DNA from: Convolutriloba macropyga
Lineage: Eukaryota
NCBI RefSeq assembly: GCF_964194025.1
Contig: NC_134468.1
Location: 38,006,001 to 38,070,000, forward strand
DNA length: 64,000 nucleotides
Direction: 5' to 3'
Shown: positions 35,561 to 48,646 of the stretch, piece by piece
How the letters are laid out: every line of letters begins with the position of its first letter
Numbering within the stretch: position 1 is the first letter of the stretch
Position numbers and translations under genes: made by a program
The notes under the pieces: generated by a model
The model's database searches: none
Told to the model about the DNA's origin: nothing
The model's input: the letters and a program-made list of their open reading frames with translations, nothing else

Positions 35561-36469
35561 CATTTAAGCGGTCAATAGCTGCATTGTTCTACTGTATTCT
35601 TAAAAGAACTCTGTAATTAATCGCGCGTTTCACTTTGGCTTCCCAAGTTTCACTTTGCATTTTGTCCATGAGCCAGATAGATTGATTCGTTCACTTGATG
35701 TATGGATTTGTGAGGAAACAAGTAGGCGGAAAACTAATGCTAAAATCGATGGTAGACTTTTCACATAACCGAAAAATTTTGCAAAGTTTCTTCGCTTGCC
35801 TCTTTCGCATTGAAATTTTAGTGAAAAAATGGTAACGAAACCAACAATAACAATTTTTTTGCTAAAGAAGCTTTCGCATTTTCATGGAAGAGTATTTCGT
35901 TAGATAAATAATCGTCAAAATCTTGTTCAAACATACAAGATGTATCCTAAATCGAAAGAGAGTACCAAGGAGCTAAATTTTCGCACTTTGAAATTGATTG
36001 GGAATTTGAAAATGATTGGGTACACTCTCTAGTAACAAAATTATTGGTGCCAAATGCCGGATAATTTTTGTTTCAGCACCGTTTTTGTTTTGGAAATTTA
36101 GCAAAGCTTTTAAGAAATTTGTTATACGACTTTGTGCAAATGGGAGTTATGTGGAGGTGAGTAAAGTTTGGCCAGAGGAGGAGCCGGTTTGTGATGTGGG
36201 AAGTCAGGATGGGGAGGATGGATTGATTTAGTTTGTTTACTGCGTACCTTCCTCAGTTATTATTGTCGATTTTCGATCAAAGAACTGAGAGGAGTTGGAG
36301 GAGGCCGAGGAGGAGGGAAGTGTTGAGTTGATTAAAATGAATGAATACTGAGGTTTGCTATTTTCTTACTGAAACATTAGGTGTGGTTCTTCTGTTAACT
36401 AAAGTTCTTTTAGTTAAGTTTTATTTTATTCACATTTCTCTTGATTAAATTTTGGTTTGTTTGTTTAGT

Positions 36470-39170
36470 AAACAATTACTTGTTTAAGTTAACACTTTAC
36501 TAACTTGTTCGTTTTATTCTGTTTCTGTGTCTTAGCATGAATATTTGCATGGTATTTTATCTATACGGCAAGACGCATGTTAGAAAATGGGCAAATTTAA
36601 TTTTGTGTTCAAAATTGAGTTTGATGCGGGTAGTCAGTTTGGTGGAGAAGAGGCGTGAAAGAAGAGAGGGCGAGGAAGGGTGGAGGTGTTGGGGGAGGGA
36701 TCGCGTATATGAGGTAGCTAGCTGAAAAGGATACGCGATGGAGGTACGGGGAGTTTTGTAGGTCGAGTAATTTAGGGTGCGGTGTTAACAGTGGGGCAAG
36801 TTTGAAGATAGGTTTTGGGTAAGTTGGAGCGGTATAAGGATTTTTGGAGTGGTCGTGTGGTTATTAGGGAGACATGACACGGGTTGCAGATGAGTCATTG
36901 AAATCGGTTGGAGTCTTCAGATTTACGGATGTCGCTTAGATTTTTGGGTGCCGTCACGTGGACTTTAGGACCCGGGCATTTGAGGCTGTCTGCAGTGGCC
37001 GGAATATATGGAATAGGACAGTGGTTCACAGAGGGGTACGTGGAAACAGCGGGGACCCGCCAATCGAGGCTTTGGACTTGGGGAAAACAGGTGGAAACCG
37101 GATCACCAGCAAAGCTCTGGTGGGAAACGGAATCATAGCAAAGGCTGAGAAGAGTATTTTGGACGCAATTTGTAGGTGGAAAAGTTCAGTTAAGTTTATG
37201 GTTACATGCGGTGTTGACTTCAAAGGGGCCATCAGTGATTGCGGGCTGGAAGGGAGCAAAGGGTGAAAACAATAAGTTAAATGTTAGTGAAAAAAAATAT
37301 TACAGCTCGGGACGGGATGAATATGGCACTACAATGATTGGAATTTTAGAGGGAGATGCGAAGGAACTATTGAGCGAGTCGGGAGATGAGAGAGGTCTGA
37401 GGAAGCTGTGAAATGCAAGAACAGTTAGGAGCATCTTCTTAAGGTAAAGAGAAGTCAGGAAAAAAGGAGCATCTTCCATTTAAAAAGGGTAAATACTCAT
37501 TAAATTATATTGAAAAATTAAAAAATGCGTTAATTCGTGTTCTTTTCAACTGGATTTATTGTTATTTTTGTTGCTTTAAGACCAAAGAGCAGCCAATCTG
37601 TCTATCAAAAAGAAGTTTCTTGAAATCGAAGTGTTCGTGGTTGCATTGCGTTTACAACTTTCAGAGATAGACTGTGTTGCCAAAACTTTTAGAAAAAACT
37701 CATGTTGTTCTGAAAATGGGAGTATGAGCAGGGGACTATTGTGTGCAGAGAAGAACCAGTGTGTGATGGCGTGCGAAGTGATGATGATGATGATGATGAG
37801 TAACTATGTGTACTGGAGTCTTGTAATTATGATCTGTTTTCGTTTACTGCTGGTCTTCATGAGTTATTACTTGTTCTGTTGATAGTCATTACTTGTTGCT
37901 TTGGTTTTTTAACTAATCTTAAGTGTTGTTTTTCTGTTAATTTGAGTTGTTTTACTTTAGTTTTATTTGCGTGTGCATTGTTAATATGTTGGTGGTTTGA
38001 TCTGAAAATTACGTGTTTGAGTTAACACTTTACTAGTCTGATTGTTTTAATCTATATTTATGAGTGTTAACATGAATAGTTGCATGGTGTTTTTTATTAA
38101 AATTGCATAAGGCAAGCTCGAAAATGCCGATGTTTGATTGTGCGTTCATATTTATGTTTTGGCGTGTTTATTGATGTGTGCCATTATTAGATTGAAGGAT
38201 GAACGAGTATGTTGAGGAGATTGGTGTTGAGGGGGCGTGGAGGTGTATAGGGTGGAGAATTGCAACGGTGTCCGAAGTTAGGAAGCGTACATGGAAGTGT
38301 TTGTTGAACGGGATACAGGATGGAGGTCGGGGGAATTGTTGGAGGTGAGTACTTCAGGTCCCGGTGTTGGTTGAAGGTCAGGAGGTCTTCAAGTTATAAG
38401 ATGGGTTTCCGGGTATTTTCAAGCGGTGTAAGGATTTGGAGGTATTGGGTGGCTATTTGAGGAGACATGGAATGGGTTGTAGATGGGACATTCAAATCAG
38501 CTGTAGTGTCCAGAATAGAATTTCTGAGGCCGTTTGGAATTTTGTTCGTCTTTGTAATATGGTGGACTTTAGTAGAACGGAGAATTTGCAAGTGTCGGCA
38601 GTGGCGGAAATGCATGGATTAGGTCAGTGGTTCACAGAGGGGCTCGTGGAAAAAGCGGGGTACGAGCAAATTGCGGATCTGTTTTAGGAAAAATTATTTT
38701 TGAATGCAAAAACTGATGGCTAGGTAAGTGATTACTTCAATCGGTAGACGGCCAGTTTATAGGCAAAATGAGCAGCCAAGTTTATAGGCAAATGCGGTGT
38801 TGTCTTCAAAGGGGTCATCAGTGATGGCGGGATGGCAGAGAGCAAAGAAAGAAATCAGGAGGTAACGATAGTGTAAAAAGGTTTTACAGCTTTGGTTTGG
38901 GTCGGGACGAAACGGATATGATGATAGTAAAAAGGTTCGGAGGGAGACCCGGGAGATTTTTGGAGTCGAGAGATCAGCGAGGGGTGTTTGAAGAAGGGCT
39001 AAAAAGAAGAACGAAGAAGAGGTCAGGAAAAGGGAAGTCAGGGGAAAACAGGAAAAGAAGACTGCATTGAGAAAAGGAGTATTCATTAAATTACAATGAA
39101 GAAGAACAATTGTTTTGTTTCCTTAGGTCTGTTCTCTTTATTCATACAGGAGCAACAGCCAATATTTTTA
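36470..39170 (-). pseudogene. Two diverged tandem copies (about 36470-37620 and 38000-39170) of a spliced, Pro/Ser/Thr/Cys-rich gene-like unit, both disrupted
   Basis: Shared peptides PAITD(G/D)PFE.NTA and VPA.ST.PSVNH.P.P.I.ATAD. Copy 1 has a 58-nt intron 37246-37303 (GTAATA..CACTAAC..Y-tract..CAG); in copy 2 the homologous acceptor reads CAT. Confidence 0.45.
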
Positions 39171-42100
39171 GGATGTCAGAACAGGCTCCTGATGCACCAG
39201 GACAAAGTTTGTCACCATGACTAACGTTAGTTAACTTTCGCATTTTTATTATTCACCAAATTAGATTCTGTTTTTGACTACTTGCTATCCATTGCTACAT
39301 TAATCAGCATCTGTACGATTTAATTAAGAGTGCATGAGCTAGACTGCGGCAATTAAAATGGATGGTTACGATTTTAGTGTATGTATTTGGTTAAAGAATA
39401 CTTTCAAACGCCGACTAGTTGGAGGTAAAAAACCAAACAACTTATTTGACTTGCTAATTTGTATCAAATTTAACGAACTTCAATTGAAACAATTGCTGTG
39501 TTTACTCGGTTCTGCATTGAGTTTATATGTATACTAATTGGATAAGCGGCGTCAACTTTACGTAGCTGCTATTGAGGTAGTGATCTGTTTATGTCAAAGC
39601 TCGATTGTTAATTTTTGAACAGATTTTCTAGCAGTTACTGCAACTTTTTTAAGCAACGTAGAGAATTCAATCGTCAGCGGTATCAACCAAACCTATGTTC
39701 AATTAGGAGAGTTTAACTTCGAGATATTTTCAATTTTCCTTTGAGTTAGTTAGGGATGTGGATTGGAAAAGTCTACCAAAAGTATTTTTCTGACCAATTA
39801 GTTGACCTTTCTCTCCATGCTTAGGCCATAAAAAGTAGTTCTAAGTGTTCCTATACAGCTAACTTTATTGTTAGGACCATTTTACAAAATTTTGAACACG
39901 GGAACATGCTGTTCAAAAATGAACATGATCCATGCAAAATCTTGAGGCCGTAACTGGTAGTTTTAATAATATTCATTGTTTGATAGGTCCATAAAAAAAC
40001 ACTTGTAATTAACAGCCAGGATTTAGCTCATTTTCGTTACTCTATTTTAGGGAAGAGTTTGTTGAAAATTTGATTCCCCAGCTTTTCTGTGGTCTTCTTT
40101 GAGGTCATCTGATAAGCAACAAGCGATTGAGTTGATTTCATAAGAAAGTTTGCCAGCAAACTTAAAGAGTTGTAGTTGTGATTGCTGCATGATTGAATTG
40201 ATATGTTTTTTTTTGTTTTCTTTTCGTGCCTTTAGATATACTTTTAATGCTCGGATTTGGTGTTGAAAGTTTTTGCCTGAAGATTTTGATGCTTTCATGA
40301 ATTTTATCTTTCTTTATTTCTACTTAGTGGTCTTGTCTTCCCTAGTTTTCTATTTAAATTTTCTTTAATTTCCGTTTTCTGGTGTTGCAAGTACGCCTGG
40401 CAAAGATTTGTTAAAGAAGGTGATATGTATTTGCTAGGTGACGGTGTGAACCGTACTCCGCAACCTCGCTGTGGATAAAGCGCCTTAACGGTGTCTGTAT
40501 CGGCTCATCAAATATTCCGACAGCAGAGCTAATATTGTCCATGAATGGTGCACAACGGTTTGTTGCAAAACACAAGTAGGCATAGGTTTGTGACAAGTTG
40601 AATTGAAAAAACTGCACTGAGTTGTCACAAGCCATCTGAACGCAGTTGTATGCCTCCGAGTATTCAAGTTTGGAAAACAAAATTTTTCTCGCAAGATACA
40701 TGGCATCTGTTATACTTGAAAACAGAAGTTTTTGTAGTCGTTTGGGTAATTGATTTGTCTAAGGCCTATAAAAACATGACTTTTCGATGGGCGAAAAACG
40801 GACAACTGAAAAGCGACTGAGATATGGCGGTAATTATTCCGCAAAATTACTTTAAAGCAAAATCCACATGGATAAATCAAATGGATAGGAGTCTGAGGGC
40901 CTTGTGCGTATAAAGGCCCTCAGTATTTAAATTGATTTCAATTAAATTACAATGAAAAAGAACAATTGTTTTGTTTCCTTAGGTCTGTTCTTGTTATTCA
41001 TACAGCGAGCAACAGCCAAACTTTTTAAGATGTCAGAACAGGCTGCTGATGCATCAGGACAAAATTTGTCACAATGACTGGCGTTAATTAATTTTCGCAT
41101 CTTTATTATTCACCAATTTAGACGTTGTTTTTGACTACTTGCTATCCATTGCTACATTATTAAGCATCTGCACGATCGAATTTAGAGTGCATGAGCGAGA
41201 CTGCGGCATTAAAATGGAAGGTTATGCTTGTGGTGTATGAATTTGGCTAACGAATACTTTTAAACGCCGACTAGTTGGAGGTAAAAAACAAAAAAAACTT
41301 ATTTGACTTGCTAATTTGTTTCGAATTTAACAAACTTCAATTGAAACAATTGCTGTGTTTACTCGGTTCTGCATTGAGTTTATATGTATATTAATGGAAT
41401 AAGCGGCGTCAATTTTACGTAGCTGCTATTGAGGTAGTGAGCTGTTTATGTCAAAGCATGATTGTTAATTTTTGAACAAATTTTCTAGCGGTTACTGCAA
41501 CTTTTTTAAGCTACGTAGAGAATTCAATCGTCAGCGGTATCAACCAAACCTATGTTCAATTAGGAGAGATTAACTTCGAGATATTTCCAATTTTCCTTTG
41601 AGTTAGTTAGGGATGTGGATTGGAAAAGGCTACTAAAAGTATTTTTCTGACCAATTAGATGACGTTTCTCTCCAAGCTTAGGCCGTAAAAAGTAGTTCTA
41701 AGTGTTCCTATACAGCTAACTTTACTGTTAGGACCATTTTACAAAATTTTGAACAGGGGAACATGCTGTTCAAAAATGAACATGATCCATGCAAAATCTT
41801 GAGGCCGTAACTGGTAGTTTTAATAATATTCATTGTTGGATAGGTCCGAAAAAACACTTGTAATTAAGAGCCAGGATTTTGCTCATTTTCGTTACTCTAT
41901 TTTAGGGAAGATTTTGTTTAAAATTTGATTCCCCAGCTTTTCTGTGGTCTTCTTTGAGGTCATCTGATAAGCAACAAGTGCATGAGTTGAGTGCATACGA
42001 AAGTTTGCCAGCAAACTTAAAGAGTTGTAGTTGTGATTGCTGCATGATTGATGTTTTTTTGTTTTCTTTTCGTGCCTTTAGATATACTTCTAATGCTCTG

Positions 42101-42748
42101 ATTTGGTCTTTCTTTATTTCTACTTAGGGGTCATGTCTTTCCTAGTTTTCTATTTAAATTTTCTTTAATTTCCGTTTTCTGGTGTTGCAAGTACGCCTGG
42201 CAAAGTTTTGTTAAAGAAGGTGATATGTATTTACTAGGTGACGGTGTGAACCGTACTCCGCAATCTCGCTGTGGGTATAGCGCCTTATCGGTATCTGTAT
42301 CGGCACATCAAATATTCCGAAAGCAGAGCTAACATTGTTCATGAATGGTGCACAACGGTTTGTTGCAAAACACAAGTCCAAGTGTCGAAAAAAAGAGCTA
42401 AACCTTGTTACTTGCTTAGACATTGGGCTGAAAAATGGTAGGCATAGGTTTGTGACAAGTTGAATTGAAAAAACTGCACTGAGTTGTCACAAGCCATCTG
42501 AACGCAGTTGTATGCCTCCGAGTATTCAAGATTAGAAAACAAAATTTTTCTCGCAAAAAGAAACATGGCATCTGTTATACTTGAAAACAGAAGTTTTTGA
42601 AGTCGTTTGGGTAATTGATTTGTCTAAGGCCTAATAAAAACATGACTTTTCGATGCAAGTTCCACATGGACAAGTTAAATGGATAGGAGACGGAGGGCCT
42701 TGTACGTATGAAGGCAATCGTACTCGGGGTATAAATTAATTTTCAATT
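39085..42748 (+). repeat. Older tandem duplication (units about 39085-40940 and 40941-42748)
   Basis: Collinear units starting attaaattacaatgaa(g/a)aagaacaattg, with scattered substitutions and several 45-70 bp indels. Confidence 0.92.
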
Positions 42749-42845
42749 CTGTGTTGTTGAACCTATGCTTTGCGAATATGCCAAGAAACTTAAGCAACAT
42801 CTCTGACATTAGTTAAAGTTGTTCATCTTATGGAACTGAATCTTG

Positions 42846-44420
42846 CTAAAAAATTGAGACAAAGATTCGATCAGTTGAAATATTGATAGATTCAATTCTG
42901 TCTCTGCAATGGTCAAGGAGTTTCCGGCTCTTCACAAGCTTTGGGGTTGGAAAGAGTGTGCTATTCTGTGGTCTAGTTGGCAATGTTTTTCCTCTTCTTG
43001 ATTCGTCTTCAATCAGTTGGTTTATTTCTGTAATTGTTGCATTTGGCTTTCTCCGCCGCGCCAATGCAGTTAATTGCAGATCAATTGATATCAGTTTATC
43101 TGCTTGTTCTAGTGTCAGCACTGAAAACTTTCCAACAATATTTCATTGGTGCATCGTGATAGCGTGGCCAGGTGCAGCGATCATTAATATATTTCCTTTT
43201 CGCGACTGTACTTAGTCAAAGTTCAAAGCCAACATTCAATTTTTTCCAGGCTTTCATTAGGAGTAGCTACTCCACTGGCTGTTCACATGTCACTTGTTTC
43301 GTTAGCAAGGGTGCATTGGATCATAATTTCTGCACCTGTTGCAAAGGTCTATTTATTGAGGTAGTTTTTACTGCACCAACGTACTTGGTTCAGGTAAGGT
43401 TTTACTTTATTATTTGTTATTGATAATCAATTCATCCATTTGCCGTGTTTTATGCTGGTAAAATACTGATGACATGCTTCACAAAAAGGGATTACAGTAT
43501 TATTGAACTTGCTGTTTTAATTTCTAAGAATTTTTTTGTGCCAGTTTTATGTTTATGTACCAGTTTGGACTCGAATCCAAATTCAAGTTTTACTCTCATT
43601 TATTGCATCTCCCACTACTTTGACACTGGACAATTTGGTGTTGTATTACATTGCTGGATAAGTACGTTTCGAAGCTAAGTGACGTTTGCACACGCTTCTG
43701 TATGAAAACGGGCTCAGGAAGATATAAGTGGTGAAAATTTAGTTACACATAAGATATTTGAGCTGATCGGTTTTTTTTCAAAAAACTCGAATAGTTCTTT
43801 CCATATGGTCGATATATGTTTTGTTGGACTCTCGGACAGAAATTTGCAGATGCATTAGAAAATTGTTCTCTATTTTGCCACGGCGATCGATTGAAGCCCT
43901 GGTACCACTGGTACTATGTTCAGTATTGTGGAAACGTCTGCAACTGGTATGGTGCTCGGTTTTGCAAAGGCTGAATAGATGAATTAGTTAGGTGACTATT
44001 CGATTTTTTAGTTAAGTCTCGGCGTCTTTTCGCTTTTGACTGTTGTTCTGTTATTTTAGTGAGGTCAATAACTGGGTTGTCGCTAACTGTTTAAATCACT
44101 TTATTGAAGCCCTCTTCTTTTCGACACCTCTCGTATAGCCGTTTGTTGCCATACAAAAGTACATAAATCGTGGACTGGTGTGTTGGCTGGCTATCCAAAA
44201 ACTTTGATCGCAGCCATGCGGGCATTGCTTATGAAAATCCTTTTGATCGTTCTTGAAATCTTAAGCTGCTTGCAGTCGTGCATCTCGGGCTTCAAATTCT
44301 CTATTAAACCTTGTTTGACCAGCGGCAACAGTCACTGGATAAATCCTGCTAAAGCTAAAGATGCTACAGCTGTTAGATTTGGCTCAGGGCATGCTTTTAG
44401 CACTTTCGTTTGAAGATTCA
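42846..44420 (-). pseudogene. Possible very decayed BEL/Pao gag relic
   Basis: Weak motifs only: FSLCKTEHHTSCRRF (zinc-knuckle-like, about 43935-43975) and KVFG*P (like RKFGxP, about 44190-44210). Confidence 0.2.
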
Positions 44421-45710
44421 TGACACTTTTCAGCCGTGTCTGCCTTTCGGTCAGAGCAATTAGTTTTTGAGCTTTAAAATCAATATTCTTTCAAACCTTG
44501 GTTAACAAATTGGTCTCTTAGTACGGTGAAAGAGTCATCCAAAACTGCTCGCGTGGCTAGTGCTAGGGTTCTAACAAATCTGAGGGCTGCATCAAGGAGG
44601 TTGTTGTAGAAAGTTAGGCTGTCGTTTGTTGTTTATTACTGAAACAGCAAATCCTCGCAAAAGGTTTTCGAAATAGTCCTCTTCTTATCCAGAGATTTGC
44701 GCGTGCACAAAAGCTAACAATTACAGTGCGTCCCTAACTATTACTCTACAGCAAAGGAATAGCACTAGATGGAATAAAGATAAATAGCACCACTGGCTAT
44801 TTGTTTTAGTTCACCTAATTTCTGTTTAAATGCTCAGAATTTGATGATCACTTTTTTCATCTACTGTAGTCTCTTTCTAAGGAACTCCACTATCATCTGA
44901 AGGTCACCTGCACAACTTCTCCTTCGTGAGTTGTTTTCGGCAAGTTGGTGGCTCACACTTCGAGGGCGTTGAAGTTGATGAAAGTAATTGTAGGTGAGAG
45001 GCATAAACATTTGATAAAATGTATCACTTTTAAGTCATCTAAAAACCAGCTTATTTTCATACATCTGATTGTTGACTCTAATTCTTTCTGGTTATCACAA
45101 GAGCAAGTTGCAACAACTTCTTCGTGTGATGGTAAGGCCGAGGAAAACAAAAACAAGTAGTTGTTCATTTACGACGACGGAACGAATTGCAGCGGACGTC
45201 TCAAACTCATGTGGACCACAACCAACCATTTACACTGATAATTCTACTTCATGAAATCCGTTCGTCAGATGTGATTTGTCAAGGAGCTTTTTGAACAATG
45301 ATCAAAATTTATCAATGAAGTTCACTTTTGAGTATAACAGTCGCCACTAACTAATAGCCTGTTTCAAGGTAAAAAATATCCTACTTTCAGGATAAGTGCA
45401 GCTGTTGACACGGGAGCGGCCAAAGAATTCCGACAGTTCCATGTACCTATAAAAGATCTTTTGTTTCACTCAGCTAAGAGAAGATATGATTTTACTACAG
45501 CTGGTGATTATTCAGTCTCATTCGCTCAGCCTTTTAAATAATTTCTAGCTGATGTTGCAATGAACAAATAAAGAAGGCAAATGTATATTATCGTTATAAA
45601 ACTGTATAGTCAAAACACTGATAGATAGGAGAGGAAATGTTTTTTGGTTGGAACATTGAGGTTGTTTATGAGCAAAATATTACACACAAAATAAAGGCTG
45701 TACATAGAAG

Positions 45711-45716
<6 letters not shown>

Positions 45717-45778
<62 letters not shown>
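45717..45778. repeat. (TA)n microsatellite, about 31 units
   Basis: Directly visible. Confidence 0.98.
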
Positions 45779-45783
<5 letters not shown>

Positions 45784-46643
45784 AGTTTATCATATAAAAA
45801 CATTTTTTAAAAATATTACCCAAAATTATTTAGGGTATTACACAATTAATTTAAAGAAAAATGATAAGCAACTATAAATTTTCACGAAAACTTTTTGCTT
45901 TGAAAGTGATGAACTGCTAAGTAACGAATCCAGGGCTAAAATTTCATTCTCTTTGATCAAAATTATTTTTCAAAAACGATTAAAATGGTAAACGCAATTA
46001 TGCCGAGTTGGTCTAGCTGAACACAAAAAGGCTGTTTTAATTGAAAATGCTTAAAATGGATATGATAGAAAATCAACTAACGGACCATTTTTTATTATGA
46101 CAAATGACCCTTTTCTGCGCCAATCTTCCTTGTGTCAATGGCCTATCTTCCTTATTTCAATGGCCTATATTCCTTGTTTCAATGGCCCATCTTTCTTGCC
46201 AGTCTTCCTTGTTTCAATGTTAAAAAAATTTCAACTTCAATTTTTTTTAACATTTTTTCTTCCCTATGCTAAACTCTGTGTCACGAAAACTCCCGTGAGC
46301 CCTCTTATTTATTTGCCTCGTGAAATTCTTCGAAAACAAAATAAGGCTTTTTCAGAAAATGCGATACGTCCTGAAAACCCTTCCCCACTTGTTTAGCGTT
46401 TGCTACTTGACCAAGTGTCCTTTGTAAGCAATAAGAATTCTTGAAGAACCTAAATGTTGAAATATTGAGTAAGAGAATTTTCAGTATGATATCAAAAATG
46501 GTGTCTTTTGACTAGCCTTGGCACTTAAAGCAAATCAGATCAAGATTTTCTCTAGCCAGATATAATGTTAAACATTTCTCAATACCATACATTACTTTAA
46601 AATTAGCATCAATGTGAATTATATACTTCTCTTGATTTTTTCA

Positions 46644-48605
46644 TCAATGCTGATCGCTGAGCTCTGAGAATGGTAAGGTCGAGTATGCGGACTGACAGGT
46701 TCCACTTTCAACCAAACTTGGCTCTGGATTCTGTGAATCGCTTTGAAGCAGGCACAGCGACTTGGAAGTTTCCAGCGCATCGTTAGATGTTTTTCTCTCT
46801 AGGCCTTTTTGATAAGTTGCGGTTCGGCTGGTTGGATCTTGCGAGGATACAGAACCATAACCAGAAACAGCATCCGAGTAGTCAGTTAGAAGTTGAGTTG
46901 CGGTATTCATGGTAGTCATTGTATCATTAATCTTCATTCCGGAGGATGTCCCCGGTTGATCTTCATTTGGTATCCAGGTATCTCCTCCTAGCAACACTTC
47001 TGACATCGACTTGTCCGCTTTCAAGTTAACCGCAGTCACATCAGCCTGCGAATCAAGCCAATCGTTATGCAGAGTTAGCACTGGGGAGCCCTCCTGTTTT
47101 GAACATACAGTCAATACTTTTGTCAGTCTGTTAAGTAACGGATCTATGTTGTATGGTATCAGCTTCTTCTCGCTCATCCTACGCAACTTTTGTTGAAGCT
47201 CCTCAAAATGCGAGGCAAAACAACAAGATTGGTTGGTTAGCTCAACTAAATTACAGTTCTGCTCATGGTATTTCAGGAACTTGATGAAGTATTCGAGGAA
47301 GCGCGTTTCGTCTCCTATCAAGAAGTCAATCATCAGTTGAGTTGACCATGATGTGCTAATAAGAAACTCTTTGTGCGCTTCGTTTGGGTGAATTGGAAGT
47401 AAACGTCCAACAGTCGGCTTGAATGTTTTAGTTGCAACAAATGTTAAGTTTCGGAGAAGAAACTCAACTAAGCACGCATCATTATCAGTGAGCATCTTCA
47501 TAAGGGCTTCGTTGTTCAGCTTTTCCAGTCGGGTATTGACCAATGCCAGATATTCATCTCCACATGCTGGCAAATTACAACACGAGTACGAACATGACAC
47601 AAAAACACAGAACAGTTCAGGATTGATTTCTATCTCGTGATTCTGTTTATCATCGTACGACACAAATGTATACTTCGATTTCCAAGTGAACTTCCTAATA
47701 ATCAGTCTGAATAATTCACTACACCCATTGCATATCATCTGTATTAATTCTGGCTTTGCATGTGCAACATTTATTAGCTTGGTGACAGCTCTGGCCACTA
47801 AAATGTTGTAGTCTATATCTTGTCCCAAATTCTTAACAAATTTAGGGCAGAAATCAACAAGCCATGATGCGACTTTGTCGGGCTCATAAGTGAGCAGCCG
47901 CTTGAATAATGTAATTATCTGCATTTGAAATAATAAATCGGCGTCTTTATGACGCTCCATGTATTTTTCAATGAGATTGAAATTCTTCTCTAAGTATTTA
48001 ACAACCTCGACGATGCATTTATCAATCTTTTTCTTATTCACACGAGTCATCAATTTGGGATTGGTGAAAAAGCGTAAATCTTTTCCACATTTCTGACGTT
48101 TCAAAAGATCACTGATAGCTGGAATCATGATATGTGGTCGCAAGAATGGCTCCTCAAAAACATCGCAAAGTCTTTCCGAGCTGAGGCACGTCAGATACAT
48201 TACAAATCCAGTAAATATATTCTGCATAGTTTTGTCAGTGAAAAACGTTTTGCCGGTAAAGTACTTGTAGGACATTATGAGTTTAAAACAAGCATCTTCT
48301 AGAGAAATCATGCGCTCTTTTGAGCATATAACTCTTTCGATAAATGTATGCAATCCTGAGAGAACAAATAAGAATTCCTGGTCTTTAAGACGCGTGAAGT
48401 CTTGCGATATGACCAAGCGTCTGAACAGTTTATCTGCAAAATCCATTTCATACTCTTGCTCGGGGAATTTGCTGAACTCTTTCAGAAATTCTATAGCCGA
48501 GAAGTTTTCGTCAATCACGGTTTTGGCTGAAGTCTCGGCATTAGGAGCAGATGAGGCTCCAGGCTGTGATGATTGATGGCTACTAGTAGCCGAGCTAGAC
48601 TCCAT
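46644..48605 (-). CDS. LINS1: Protein Lines homologue (LINS1-like), 653 aa, single coding exon
   Basis: Long open frame; first ATG at 48605 (the track's start is GTG). Lines signatures MLTDNDACLVEFLL, LMIDFLIGDETRFLEYFIKFLK (like LLDFLISSETCFLEYFVRYLK) and LRRMSEKKLIPYNIDPLLNRL (like RLQKKNLFPYNPTALLKLL). Confidence 0.88.
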   Translation of the reverse strand: MESSSATSSHQSSQPGASSAPNAETSAKTVIDENFSAIEFLKEFSKFPEQEYEMDFADKLFRRLVISQDFTRLKDQEFLFVLSGLHTFIERVICSKERMISLEDACFKLIMSYKYFTGKTFFTDKTMQNIFTGFVMYLTCLSSERLCDVFEEPFLRPHIMIPAISDLLKRQKCGKDLRFFTNPKLMTRVNKKKIDKCIVEVVKYLEKNFNLIEKYMERHKDADLLFQMQIITLFKRLLTYEPDKVASWLVDFCPKFVKNLGQDIDYNILVARAVTKLINVAHAKPELIQMICNGCSELFRLIIRKFTWKSKYTFVSYDDKQNHEIEINPELFCVFVSCSYSCCNLPACGDEYLALVNTRLEKLNNEALMKMLTDNDACLVEFLLRNLTFVATKTFKPTVGRLLPIHPNEAHKEFLISTSWSTQLMIDFLIGDETRFLEYFIKFLKYHEQNCNLVELTNQSCCFASHFEELQQKLRRMSEKKLIPYNIDPLLNRLTKVLTVCSKQEGSPVLTLHNDWLDSQADVTAVNLKADKSMSEVLLGGDTWIPNEDQPGTSSGMKINDTMTTMNTATQLLTDYSDAVSGYGSVSSQDPTSRTATYQKGLERKTSNDALETSKSLCLLQSDSQNPEPSLVESGTCQSAYSTLPFSELSDQH

Positions 48606-48625
48606 TAAACACACATCTAAACAAT

Positions 48626-48637
48626 CTGAAAAAGTCA
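48626..48637 (-). promoter_or_regulatory. 3' splice acceptor 20 nt upstream of the LINS ATG
   Basis: TGACTTTTTCAG|ATTGTTTAGATGTGTGTTTA ATG; same TGAC-T-run-CAG form as the LRPPRC acceptor. Confidence 0.6.
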
Positions 48638-48646
48638 CATAATATC

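Noticed and set aside
44940-45480. Possible Penelope-like RT remnant (MKFTFE near 45315-45332)
   Set aside because: Single short motif with no YxDD or GIY-YIG support.
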